64,000 nucleotides of DNA from Orbicella franksi (lineage: Eukaryota). Below, one piece after another: positions 1 through 12,436 of the stretch; the first letter of the stretch is position 1, and each line of letters opens with the position of its first letter. The stretch covers positions 10,912,001 to 10,976,000 of the forward strand of contig OZ116700.1 in assembly GCA_964199315.1 (NCBI GenBank), given 5' to 3'. Position numbers and translations under genes: made by a program. Below the pieces are notes generated by a model, which saw only the letters and a list, made by a program, of their open reading frames with translations, was not told the DNA's origin and made no database searches.

Positions 1-1137
1 GATCAGAAAGATGCTCCGGTGGAGGAAGGGAAAGAAGCTTTGCAAGACGCTGGAAAGGTAGAAAGGAAAAGCGGTGATTTGGAATTAGAATACAAGCCTT
101 CTCCTCCGGATCCTGTCGTGTCACCGAGCGATGATTACAAACCAAGCTACGATGAAGCTAGCACTGCTTCAGCAGCGCCTTCCACTGTGGGAAGCGACGA
201 AGATCCCAGTTTCAACGCACCCGCGAGCATTCAAGTTGTGCAAGAGAACGGCGCATCTTCGGGAACGACGCGGGATATCGGGACGGGCGGACGCATCAAT
301 ATGCAGTTCGTCTTTGATCCTGAATCATCAAAGTTGACGTTGACCGTCCTGGGCGTCGAATTCCCGCCGTTTCAAAAGTGGAAATTGGATGATTTGGAAG
401 TGAGTTGCATGCTTCTGCCAATTCACCAACACAGCTTCCGCGCGCGCCCTAAGAAGTTTAAAGATCCCTTCACGATGATCTTGACCCCAAAGGAAAAAAT
501 TAAAATGATGTCTCTTCGATTTCGCTTGTACGATCACCGCGCCATGTCCAAACATATGATTGGACAGGGAGTTGTGAATCTAGGAGAGATCAAGCTTGGT
601 CCACAAGCGGTCAAAATCGCCCTTGATCTGAACATTCCTGAAACCTACGCCATTGATTCCCGCTACATCGCGTCTGTCACGGGTGAGAGCGGGCAAACGC
701 CCGTGGAAGACAGCAAGCCGGAAATCCTACTTTCTCTGGAGTACCGCGCGCTGACGAGGAAATTGATCACTGAAGTTATCAAAACCCGCAATCTCGGGCT
801 TCTGAGTAACTCCAAGCCGCAAGACATCGCCGTCGAAATGAAGCTGATTGGCGATAACAACCAAGTTTTACGAGTATGTCGAACCTCCCTCAAGAAACAT
901 GTCATCGATGCCGAATTTAATGAGATGTTCATGTTCCGCGTGACGTATGAGAAGCTGGCCAGCATCGCAGTGATTTTCACTCTGTACCGCATGACGGAGA
1001 GGCGAGGAAAAAGAGAAAACATCGGAGAGGTTTGCTTCGGCAAACAGTCAAGCAGTCATCAACAAGAGAATCACTGGAATGACGCCGTGAGAGGCTCCGA
1101 GAGAGTGGTCACGCAATGGCATCCACTGTTCAAATGA
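1..1137 (+). CDS. Synaptotagmin-14/16-like tandem C2A-C2B protein, large terminal exon (5' end lies outside the window)
   Basis: Frame is open from base 1 (DQKDAPVEEG...) to TGA at 1137. C2A (GRINMQFVFDPESSKLTLTV...RFRLYD) and C2B (PEILLSLEYRALTRKLITEVIK...FNEMFMF...IGEVCFG...HWND...QWHPL) resemble SYT14/16. Clear paralog of 11089-12436. Confidence 0.8.
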   Translation, partial: DQKDAPVEEGKEALQDAGKVERKSGDLELEYKPSPPDPVVSPSDDYKPSYDEASTASAAPSTVGSDEDPSFNAPASIQVVQENGASSGTTRDIGTGGRINMQFVFDPESSKLTLTVLGVEFPPFQKWKLDDLEVSCMLLPIHQHSFRARPKKFKDPFTMILTPKEKIKMMSLRFRLYDHRAMSKHMIGQGVVNLGEIKLGPQAVKIALDLNIPETYAIDSRYIASVTGESGQTPVEDSKPEILLSLEYRALTRKLITEVIKTRNLGLLSNSKPQDIAVEMKLIGDNNQVLRVCRTSLKKHVIDAEFNEMFMFRVTYEKLASIAVIFTLYRMTERRGKRENIGEVCFGKQSSSHQQENHWNDAVRGSERVVTQWHPLFK

Positions 1138-3983
1138 GGTAAGTTTAGATGAGTCGTTATATTTGTTTGTTGACTTATCTGCTGTAATCATTACTAAGTG
1201 CATTAAAAAAATCCAGTTTTAGGCCTATTTCATGCATATTTCACGTGTCTGATAACAGTCATATTCTTATTCTGTTTTGTTTGTTAATTCTGAAATGCGT
1301 GGGTATATACGTAACATGTTTAATATTTATGTATAAAGAAAAAAAAAGTACTAGCTAAAATGTTTGAAGCCTGCAAGAATAGATTTGTCTGGAACTATAG
1401 TTTCTGTTGCTTGAAGTTTTATTTTTTTCTAGTTGCTTCAAACCAAGGGAAAGATTTTCCGGCCTATTAACAACAAAGGTTTACTGGTTTTCTGCGTTCA
1501 CTATCTTTGGACAGTACTTCGCTGAGCCCCCTATTAAATGGAATGCAGTTTTTGTCAAAAAACCTTCTAGTTTACAAGGTGTGGAACTTTGAAAGCAGTC
1601 TCTGAAGAGAGCGTGCATGCACTCCTCTTAATTTTTCACTCACTGAAACTAAATTACACGTCGGTAAATTTTTTATCAGTGATAGTTTTGTCTGGGGTTT
1701 ACAAATGGTAAAACTGCAAGCGACTGAAGTTCTAATAGCGCTAGCTGTCTTCCAGACATTGAAAACATGGCGAACTTAGATCTATTTCCTAACAGATGGG
1801 CGTATCTTAGCCTTAGAGAATTCTTATCAAAACCTAATCGTATTGAAAAACTGTTTATTTTCTCCTCTTTTAGTTTACGGAGAATATTTCGATGGAACCA
1901 CGTAAAGCAAGGAAAAAGGAAATAGTATGAATTTACATGACATTCGTAGTATTAGTTTAATATAATCTTAACATAAATTGTCTTGTTCACACTCTCTGAC
2001 TCACTGACACCTCTGTTCCGATCTGGAGTATATTATCATAGTAATATTTTTCTACTTCCTTTCCTATTGGACCGGTATGCACACATGAATACATTACGAA
2101 CACAGAGCATTAATCTTATCTCAAACAATTAGAAAATTTTAAGTTGGAAATCAAATTGATTTGCATTCGGGAAAATAAAAAACCGAAAATTTCAGAGTAT
2201 CAACAATTTGGAAAATCAGAGATTTTTAAACAATGTGAAATGGTTTCTACATCTAGCTGTTTCATTCAAAGACGGAAGTGCCAAAAAATTCCATGTGATC
2301 GAATTGTTATCCAGTCAAAACTAATTTTCCGATTTATAGATAATTTGAAGACACGCTATCAGTGTAAATACTTTCCTAACGGACTTTATGGTTAAACAGG
2401 CATTATCTTGGAATTTTTTTTTTTTTTAAGAATTAAAAGAAATCTTTAACACGAAACACTCCTGAGCACAAGGCAAAAAGAAATTAATATGGGATTGGGT
2501 GGAACTGAACTGCCATAAATTCCAGTCTGAGTTGGAGTGTTTCTAAAAGTTGTCAGTGACTTGATCCTCACATTTCTTACGCCACCTCAAAGACTTAAAT
2601 TAGTTCTTTGACGAAAACAGTATTGTTCAACAAGTACAAGCTGTTTAACGCAAAGTTCAACGGCTATTCCCACTATATACTGATGAAGGGGTATTAAACT
2701 TGATATGCAGGGACTTTTCACCAGTATCGGCATCAGCGCCCCAACAACACTAAATTGTGAACTGATGAATTCATTGCAGTGGCAGTTTCTACACAGTTTC
2801 GTACCGTATGACTGATTTTGAGCTCATGCGGGGGGGGGGGGGGGGGGGATCTGTGCGTTTGTTTTCTGTTAATAATGTATCAATCAAAGCTTGGCAGTTT
2901 AGTGAAATGTTAATGTGAGCGGAACTCAGTGAGGTGGAAGATGAGAGAAAGGGTGAGTCGTCCGGCTATCTGGAGCAAACTAAAAGGAGCTACTTCATTG
3001 TTTGCGGATCTTGAAAAGCTTAGCCTAAATTTTTCAGGTTCGTCGTCTGTAATCCGTGTAATCTTCTCCATCCTACACCATCTTTCTTCCTTGATGGTTC
3101 ATTATGATATTTTTGGGAGTTTTTCTATGTTAGTAAAGTACTATTTTCAGATTTTCTTACATTTAAAGGTAATGTTGTACATGGCCAAAACAACTCATAA
3201 AATACCGCCACAGACCTCAAGATTCAAATTCGAGTTGAATCAGCCTTGTTTAACCTCTTGACAGGGATGAAAAGAGATGCATCTTTTTGCAAATTTTGTT
3301 TTCGTTTGCGAGATAACGATATACTAACCTGAGGCTACAGCAAAACCTTTTTTTTCTGGAGCTATCTAATGAAGCTAATAATTTATCAGGTTTGCTTGTG
3401 TATAGCTGTGTATTTTCAAAATTCTTAAATCCAAGTCAGTTAGTTATTTAGTTAGGTGTAGAAATTCGTGTCAAATTAGAAAAACCGTTTTTAACAACTA
3501 CTATTTAGATGTTTTGACAAGCAAAACAATTTAGTAACTATCAATAAAGTGTGTATCGGTAATTGTCAATTTTGTATAAGTACTAAGTTTTGCAAGTGCT
3601 ATTTAGTGTGTATTTCAATAAATTTTACTTTTTTAAAAAGGCGATACCTATTTTGGACTGAGGGTAGTTGAGGTATCTTGTCTTATTTTTTTGCACGGCC
3701 AGCCCGGCAGCTTTTCCCTTGCGAGGATTGCTGCTGGTATAAAATGAGATTGAAGACCACTGTCTCAGAATTGAAACTGGTACATATCAAATCCCAAACG
3801 TGATTTCCATAGCATCTCAGAACCTGCAATTTTTGTAAACTGAATCAAATCGACCTAGTAAAAGCTTATCTTCTACGTGTAGCCTTATATCCGATATCAG
3901 GTGAAAAAAATTTCTCTTTGAAACAAGAAATTATCATGCCCTCTCAATTTGTCCTCAGTTGATTCCAAAATTATTTCTTCTTA

Positions 3984-4234
3984 ATAGCGGAGCTCCGGTG
4001 GCCCGAAGGGCCGCCAAGCGGAGCCCCATACTCATATAGGAGAGAAAAGGAAACCCATGAGTTGATTTTCTCATGGTCATCATGGCTAGCGGTATTGCTC
4101 GTGGGCGCGTACGCACGACGGCGACGACGACGGAGTCGCGCAACATGGCCGCCATACTCCAAATAATAGGTTGACAGAGACATGCAGTCTTGGTTTACCG
4201 TGTACTTCTTTGATATTGGACATCCATGTTATGA
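3984..4234. repeat. Left part of a non-autonomous repeat with a terminal GC-rich hairpin (Helitron-like), interrupted by the 4235-8018 element
   Basis: Hairpin at 3989-4027 (GGAGCTCCG/CGGAGCCCC outer stem, GGCCC-GAA-GGGCC inner stem). The 7-bp duplication at 4228-4234 and 8019-8025 shows the host sequence resumes at 8019. Family assignment is inference. Confidence 0.45.
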
Positions 4235-7200
4235 CAGGAGGGAGAGGTGAACACGTCAGATTTGGCTGACCCTATGATCATGGCCATTATGACGTCATGG
4301 CGAAAGAAGTGCGCAAATGCAGAAAATTTTCGAAAATGGCGTCGTCGCCTCTCGCTGATACAACTTTTTGAGGCAGATTTCTCCAATCATTCCAGCTTCA
4401 AATGGTATTGTATTTGGATCTCAAGGAGTGATTATCATTTTTCTTTCTTTAGAGGTAAGTAGATTTTAATTATAACCGAAAAATCTTGCAGAAAGTGTAT
4501 TTAAAGTGTTACAGGCATCGCTCTCCGTTGGAAATATGTGGGGCAAAATTTTGACTGTTCGCCCTGTAAAATTGCCCTTTTTACGTGATCGGTAACGTAA
4601 AGAAACGTGTAACTTGGTCACAGAATAGCTTATATGTATAGGAAAACATTGTATCTGAAGATGGTTTTGAAGAATTAGCAGTAAAAATGATCAGTCCATT
4701 TGAGTATGAAATATCTGCGATCTCGTGCTCGGAGTGTTCTTTCACAAAACTGAAACCTTTTCACATATTCTGCAATGGGCCTAGCAAACAGAAATATTAT
4801 CCACAATGAAGGAAATGAGAACTTTCACAAACAAGAACTTAAGCTTAATTATTTAAATAAGACAAAGCCTGCCTACTGCACAACGGTGGTTTAAATGCAG
4901 ACAGAGGATAACATGCAGACTGCAGACTTCTTAAGAATATTGTATTCCCATTTCCTTTATATAGAGCTTGTGCTCCGTTTAGCCTGAAATATACAGCACA
5001 GGTTAGCTGGTGTATGGTTAGCTCGATCTCTTTATAAATGAAAATGGGAATATGATATTCCTAAAAAGCCTGCAGTCTACATTTTACCCATGGCTTGCAG
5101 TCTAGTGTTGTAAGACTTTTCTCTTCTTCGTAGGCCACTTTCGTGCTGCTTTGACCACAGGCTGGTAGTTCGGAGTATATTCAATTTCTCATAGGGAGCC
5201 TCTGCGGAGGAGAGAGTACAAGGCCCCATTTATATGGTCTCGGGTACTGAAGACAACCCTATCAGACCCTCCTGAGGCAACTTTATCAAGTGTTTAATAT
5301 ATGACATGAAGTGGTCCTTCCAGGATTACTTAAGCCTTTTTTTATACTCCAGTGCTCAGTTATCCTTCTTCCTTTGGCTTCCTTTCAGTCATTTGATCAC
5401 TGTGGGGTTTTGTGAGTTAATTTTTATTTCTTCATACCATGAGTTGCCCCAGGTAGGCCAGTCACAGTATTTTGACGAAAAAAGGTTATCATGCCTACCA
5501 GCATTACCTTGGTTATGCTGCTAAGGGTGGCTTGTGTTTCACTTTCTCAACAAAACAGTGAAAGTTAGCTCGTTTAGGGTCACTGGGGCGAGGGCTTTCT
5601 TGGTTACCTAATATCAAATAAGGGGCCTCACTGTCGGCTGCAATTATGTATGCTTACATAGCAAAACTTGAGTACCAAACTCGGTCACCTTGAGTTCCTG
5701 TTGCTGAATCTTATTATGTTTACAAAATTGGCACTGTTGATCAACAATTAAGGTATTTGAAGTCTGATTTATTTTAATTCCTAAACAATATTGTAACTTT
5801 TCTTTAAGTAAGGATCCAAAAATGCTTTATGCAGAGTGATTGTTGTAGTTTGTTTGACATGCTTCAGAAAATTTTATTTTTCTTTTTTGTGCAGGTGAGG
5901 GTGCTGAAAAAAATTATTTATGTGAAAATCTGAAGACCTCAGTTCAATACATTGGTACTGGAAATGAGCTATTTAATGTTTTATAAATTGTGATATTAGC
6001 TCCATGTACATTACCGCATTGTATCTGCTTGGACGTGACTTAAAAGGTGGATGGGGGTTGGATCATTTAATTGTGAGAATTGCATTTTTTGATGGTAAAT
6101 ACATACTCGAGTTCTTGGTGCTGGATCTCATTAGCAAAGTTGTCTTTTAGTTTACATTTTCTGTTGAAAAGAATTAGGGGCGATATGAAAACCAAAGAGG
6201 GAAGGGAGGTCATATAAACATTAACTGCAATTTTTGACTGGTGAATATTATGAGGAGTCTTATTATTTTGATCTTTTTAAACCTTAGGTTACCATCCTCC
6301 ACTACCTTTGCAAGACCATTCAAGCAGGTCCCATTTCTGGCAATACATGCAACCACCGTGGAAAGCTATCTATTTATTGTCAATGTACTGTCAATTAAAC
6401 ATTTAAAACCCAATCCTGTGTGTTATTTGCTGGAAATGTACACTTATCATTCTCTTGAAGCTAAAAATAAACTCATCAATGCAAAAAGCAACAAGGAACC
6501 TGGGATGGAAGGAGCTGGGGAGAAATCAGGCTTGACGTTCATGTTTACAAGTACAGCCTCTCTGTGACACTCGTCTCGAGAACATTTCTTTGTAGTTCAG
6601 TTTAAGCTTAGTGTAAAATAATTGTTAGAGCTCTCTTTGTTCGCATAAGATTTATGATGAAAATTAAAAGCATAAAGTATAAAGAAAAGAATTGATTATC
6701 ATTTCAAACTTAGAGGTAGTAAAGCTATTACAGTTTGTCAAGACAGATACTATTAGAAACCAAGGGGTTTGGTTATAATAAGAGATCACCTGATATTGAT
6801 CTTTCTAGCTTTGTCATAACCTTCTACTGAACTCTTTGTTTTGGCAAAAAGTCATTTTGGCTGAACGAGTTTCTTCTTGTTAAGTTAACTCTTATTGCTA
6901 ATGACTTTGTTAAGTTAACTCTTATTGCTAATGACTTAGCATAGGAAGTATCCCTGTTCAGATATCCTTTCCTCTTTAATTCACTTGCTGCTTGGAACCA
7001 GATTCTGTATTTTTTAGGTCTTTCTGTATGACATCCTACGCAGTTGTCTTTTACAGTCTATACAGTCTATGCTGAGAAATGAAAAATTAATAGAACCCAA
7101 AGCACCAGTTTAGGATACCTCTCTTGTCAGAAGTTCGGAAGAAGAAACAGCTTTGCACTGCATGCGGACGCCCGAGGAAACATCATGCTCCGATCTCATA

Positions 7201-8018
7201 TTTGACGAACATTTTGACATGAAATGAAGCACCTTTCTGGCAAGAGGTCTGGTCTGTGTTATTCTGAATATCATCCGTTTCATCTAAGTCTCCTGTAGAG
7301 TGATTTTATATCGTATTACCATCTGAAATATCCACACGTCTGCTCGGAGCTGGTTGGCCTCGCAGAAGAAAATGTTATCTTTGACGGTTTTGTGGATAAT
7401 TTAGCGCAGAAAAATAATTCCTTGGTACGTTATTTACTTTCCAACCCAGTATATGACTTGATAGTTCAAATGCCTTTGCAAGGGAGCATTTTCTCATATT
7501 TCGAGGGTTTCGAGTATCGATCAGCGGGTCCTCCACGCTATCGTCTACAAAATAATGGGTTTAAACCCACTGATCATTTTTATGCACATGTTAAATGATT
7601 CGTTTTCATCACTATTCGAACGTTGGAAACCATATCAAGATCGTGTTTTTGTGTTCGTGTTGTTCATTGTTGGGTTCTCGAGATATCGCCCAAGAAACGG
7701 GTGCAAAGCTCCACTTTTCAATCGCGTTTTTAATTGAGCGATCTCGAAATTTTGCATGTTTTTGTGCCTTCTGACTTCTAGTTTTTGAACACCAAAGTAT
7801 TTTTGCACACAACATTAACAGGTTATCTTATTCTTGTGGTCTGTTGATCGCTTTCTTTCAAATTCTTTGAGCAATTATCGGATGAAAAACTTGTCTGGTG
7901 TCATTCTTTAGCGGCCATTGAAACTTCACGGGCCGGCTCACGAGTGACGTCATAATGGCCAAGATCATCGGGCGCGCAATCGCATGGCAACGCAAGCGAA
8001 GTTGACCTCTCCCTCCTG
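4235..8018. mobile_element. Decayed 3,784-bp TIR DNA transposon with 7-bp TSD (hATw-like or P-like)
   Basis: Terminal IR CAGGAGGGAGAGGT(G/C)AAC matches 17/18. Subterminal IR 4274-4297 vs 7945-7968 matches 23/24. TSD GTTATGA at 4228-4234 and 8019-8025. No long intact ORF inside. Confidence 0.8.
6877..6936. repeat. Perfect 30-bp tandem duplication
   Basis: TTGTTAAGTTAACTCTTATTGCTAATGACT x2. Confidence 0.95.
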
Positions 8019-8193
8019 GTTATGATCAATACCTGTCAAAACAAGGTATCCGCTGACCAGTATCATGTGACCATATCGCGGGCTCAAGTTTACAGCTTAT
8101 CGAGGTCGCGTGTTTTTTTGAAGTTGACCGCTGACCAAGTGCTGGTTTTCGATTGGATTGCGGGCTCATCTCAGGTTAACTTGTTGAAAACAG

Positions 8194-8425
8194 GGCAGGA
8201 TTGTTCGGAAGCCGGTTAACGCTAACCAAGGATTAAAAGTTAACCGAATTATAACTTTTTTTTCTATACAAATGTTTTTTGGCTGCTTTGTTTTGTGTAT
8301 ACAGTGATTATTAAAGCTCAAAACAGAAGGCCAAACAATATACAGAGAACCGCGCCGCAAAGCTACAAAACTGAAATCAAAATTCTACCTTTCTCCTGGG
8401 TTATTTGACTCTGAACAACGCGGCC
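8194..8425. mobile_element. Short Harbinger-type MITE
   Basis: Imperfect TIRs (GGC..TTGTTC / GAACAA..GCC) flanked by CAG at 8191-8193 and 8426-8428 (3-bp TSD). Confidence 0.5.
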
Positions 8426-10153
8426 CAGGAGCTACGCTTTTAGGCTGGCCTAAATCTATATATTATTGTGGGCTCTTACATCAACAGAACCACCACAGCT
8501 ACATTTTAAAAATTCAAAATTTTCATAGTTTTCTCGATCATTTCAGGTACTTACTTTATCTTATATATTTATGTCTGTGGTTCTATTCTGGTTTCTTTTG
8601 ATCTAATTAATGCAAATATAATTGTTATTTCAGCCCGAACGTGGTTAATGTCACTCCTTTTTTTGCCTGAAAACCTTTCGTTTAAATGTCTTGCTTAGTG
8701 CCAATTGTAGGAACCGCTGTCCTAGAGATTTCCGCGGCTCAGACGGAATGGGAAAACACATTTCATGAAGGTTTAGCTTGTGGGAAGCTCCGTAATTTGC
8801 ATGTTTTTTGTCATGTTGGTTTGTGAACGTCGCCCTGGTGGGTTAATTAATTTTGGAATTATTTACTTCTGCGCCAGATGGCCCGTTTCACTGTGCCGAA
8901 TTTGAAATGAATGCGGCTTGGTTTGTAATTATTCCTTATAAGTAAAAAGCCGAAACAATCGCTTTTGTTGTGGAAACATACAAACATACAGTCGTCGTAA
9001 AGAAAGACGAATGAACTTATCGTGAAAGAAAACTTACAAGGATTTGAAAACCGCAACGTCAAAACATTAGGAAAAGCAATTCTTATTTCAAGTTGTGACT
9101 TTTCGAGCTTTTATTTGCTAACTGTGGTTATAAAAGACTCAAGGATCGCCCACAAAAAACATAAGCTGGTTTGCGCAAGAGTGAAATTGTACATGACAAA
9201 GCCATTTTATAGCCGGTCGCGCGCTCCGAAAAGAAACTGTGTCATTTTCGTTGTGGCAGGAGTTTTTGATTAATGGTTCGGCTTGGTTTGGAAATAGACG
9301 ATCTCTACCCAATGAATTTAAATCTTGTGTCTCAAAAATACGACGTGAAGAGTTTATGGCCAAAATGTTTTATGTAAATATACAGATTTGAAGGCAGGTG
9401 CGTTGGAAAACAGTATATAATTAATTGATTTTCTCGAAGCTTGTTGGCTAGTATTTTGGGTCTTCGTAATTTGTTGCTTGTGATAAGACTTTTGATGCCC
9501 TGAATTCACACAGAGCGAACTGAGAATTTACCAAACAGCTTTTCCGAAACGATCCAGAAACATATCTAAGGTATTATTTGGTCATTTTAGGTCAGAGCTA
9601 CATAATGTTGACTCCATCTAGATTTTGCATTTAAATAATTCAATTACGTTTGGCAGAGATCGTATGCGAAGAAAATGAAATATTCCGTGTGGGTGACTGT
9701 AGCAATTCCGAGAACCCAAGAGTAATTTCGGTCCCTCAGTTGTGTTAGCAGAAACGCGATAATGAAAAACGCAGTGACACAAGAGATAATCTGAAGAATT
9801 TCGCCAAGGATATCTGCCTCAGCAAACGGTAAGTGTAATCACCATATCTGTAGCGGAAAAAGTTCTTAGATATACTTCAGAAAACCAGATCGTATATCCG
9901 TGGCAAGCTGAAAATCGCTAACTGTGTTTTCGCTTTCGACGAATTGCAATTTTGTTAATTTTTTCCGAGTTCTTAATCGACCAATCGTATCTTGTTTATG
10001 TTGGCGAAAAGTGAAAAGAGCGCGTCTTAATTGATGTTCTTTCTAATATTTTCAGTAGTTTGAGAAAAAGTCTTCATTTCCAATATTCTCGACACCAGAT
10101 GGACGGCTAACGCACCTCGGACAATTGTCTGCCGAAGTTTCCTCGCATCGCAG

Positions 10154-12436
10154 ATGGATTTTACATCGAAAATCGGTGGCTTTTTTCGAAGCATTATTAA
10201 CCCAGAGGGTGAAACTCAAAACACAGACAAATCATCAGAGGAAAATAGGTAGGAAATCTGAAATGTAGGGCATAAAATTATTTCTTTATTGTGAGGTTAT
10301 TTTCATATTCAATTGCGTTCTTTTTGTCGACTTGCGTAGTTGATAGGGTGGGGTTGGAAAATTCCGCAGCAAACAAATTTTTGCTCTCGGTTTGAGCTGA
10401 ATATAAAGTGCGTAGACGCAGAAAATTGAGAATTAGATGGCTAGAAAATCAAAAATAAATAATTGAAATATGACTAAAAGTCGAGTGTCTGTCATGTTTT
10501 GGTTTGGTCGCTCGCGAGCAAGGAGATTGACTTCAAAACACGAATACAGCTGTTGCTGATAATTGTAAAGTCAAATTTATTGCTTAAGAATATTTTGGCT
10601 TTTTAGTCAATAGAGAGCCACCGGGAAAGATAAAATTGACAATAGGAAGAAGTTAATACGCTTGAATAGAGCATTCTCAATAGAGAAAAAAGGAGAAACA
10701 GCAATTCGATTTACTAGAAGGCGAAACCTCATTTGAAATTCACGCGCGAAAAGAATGGGTTTATCGAAATATCGTCAAACGAACGAACGCAATACGTGAA
10801 AAACATACATAATTGACTGGGCAAATATTTTAATTTTGTAGGTACATCAGAGCATCTTAAATGAGTTGCGAACCAATAAGGGTAGCGAAACGGTGCTAGC
10901 AAATAAACAGAACTAAGGAATTAAGAGTTTAGCAGACAAAGATGTAGCAACTCTGGTATTTGTGCCAAGAAATCTACCTGGGGACTGTTTTGTTAATGCC
11001 GCGTAATTGAGGCTTCTGATATGAATGTATCCCCTGTTAAATTTTTTATACGTCCTTTGCCATTGTTTCGCTGTTGTCTACATTTTAGGCAAGCTCCTGG
11101 CGAAGCAAGAACGGCGGAAGACGAAGGAGATTATGACGAGAGGGATGCCGAGTATTTAGACGATGATGAGGAGGAAAATACTTCTGCGTTCTTCACAAGA
11201 AATAGTTCCCTACCGTTACCTTCTAAATCAAAGCAAGACTCGAGCGCGGGCGCTTTGGCGTTGCAAGTCCCTAACATAGGAGGAGGAATTAGACGCAGGA
11301 ACACACTGGCAACTGCCCCAAGTTACGGACTGAGCGGTTTAACTAATGGAAGATCTGCACCCAATGTTGTTGCTCGCACCAAGCAGAACGTAGAAACCAG
11401 CAGCATTGTGTCGGACGACGAAACGGTACGAGGAAGCGCAGCTCGAAGAGAATTTGGAAGCCTTCCTGCGAGGAGTCGAAGTGAGACTCCACGGACATTT
11501 GGCGGGACGCCATCGAAGAGGATTTCGAGCTCGAGTACTGTGTCTGAGTGGAATATGGACTCAAATGTGCGCGGTGTGGGTCGGCTCCATGTCGTTCTAG
11601 ACTTCACAATGCACACAGCCAAGCTCTCTGTAACTGTTACAAAAATAGAATTTCCACCGTATCATCAAAGAGATACTTCTTTGTTAGAAGTCAGCGTCAT
11701 GCTGTTGCCGGGAAAACGGCAAAGTTTTCGAACAAAACCCAGGGATTTTAACGAGCCCATGGCAATGTATTTGTATCCTAAAGACAAGATTAAGGATATG
11801 TCGCTTAGATTTCGCCTTTACGAGCAAGGCGCTATGGGTTCCAAGCACTTATTAGGCGAAGGAACTCTTCGGCTCCGATCGGTGGATCTAGATTCAGAAA
11901 TGATACCTGCTTCGGTGGATTTGCAGCCACCGGGTTCGTATGTTCCCGAAGCAGCTTCGGGAGCGATCATGTACGAAGGGGAACTGGCGATCTCCGAAGA
12001 AGACAGACCCGAAATTTTACTGTCTTTGGAATACCGCCCTCTTACGGGAAAACTCCTTCTGGAAGTGATCAAGACGAGAAACTTGGGAATGTTAACTGAT
12101 TCGAAAGCACGTGAAACTTATGTTGGTGTACGAGTCGTTAAAAGCACTGGTGAGCTTATCAGCAAAAGTAAAACCACACCAAGAAGGCACATGATAGATC
12201 CAGAGTACAACGAGATGTTCCTGTTTCATGTACCCGAGCATGAACTAAACGCTGTCACTGTTTTGTTGACTGTGACGAGCATAACAGCTCGTACACTGGC
12301 TTTAAAAAAACATCGAGTTGGAAGAGTCTCACTCGGACAAAACTACAGCAGCGAGGAGGAATTACGGCATTGGTACGAAATGACGCGAAGGAAAGAAAAA
12401 TCCATTGTGGCATGGCACAGAATTAACGAGATGTAG
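10154..12436 (+). CDS. Synaptotagmin-14/16-like protein without a transmembrane anchor, join(10154..10248,11089..12436), 480 aa
   Basis: ATG at 10154 (MDFTSKIGGFFRSII...). Phase-2 GT donor at 10249 matches the AG acceptor ending at 11088 (ENR|QAPG). C2A (GRLHVVLDF...RFRLYEQ) and C2B (PEILLSLEYRPLTGKLLLEVIK...PEYNEMFLF...HWYEM...AWHRI). The ORF-track ATG at 11021 is intronic. Confidence 0.85.
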
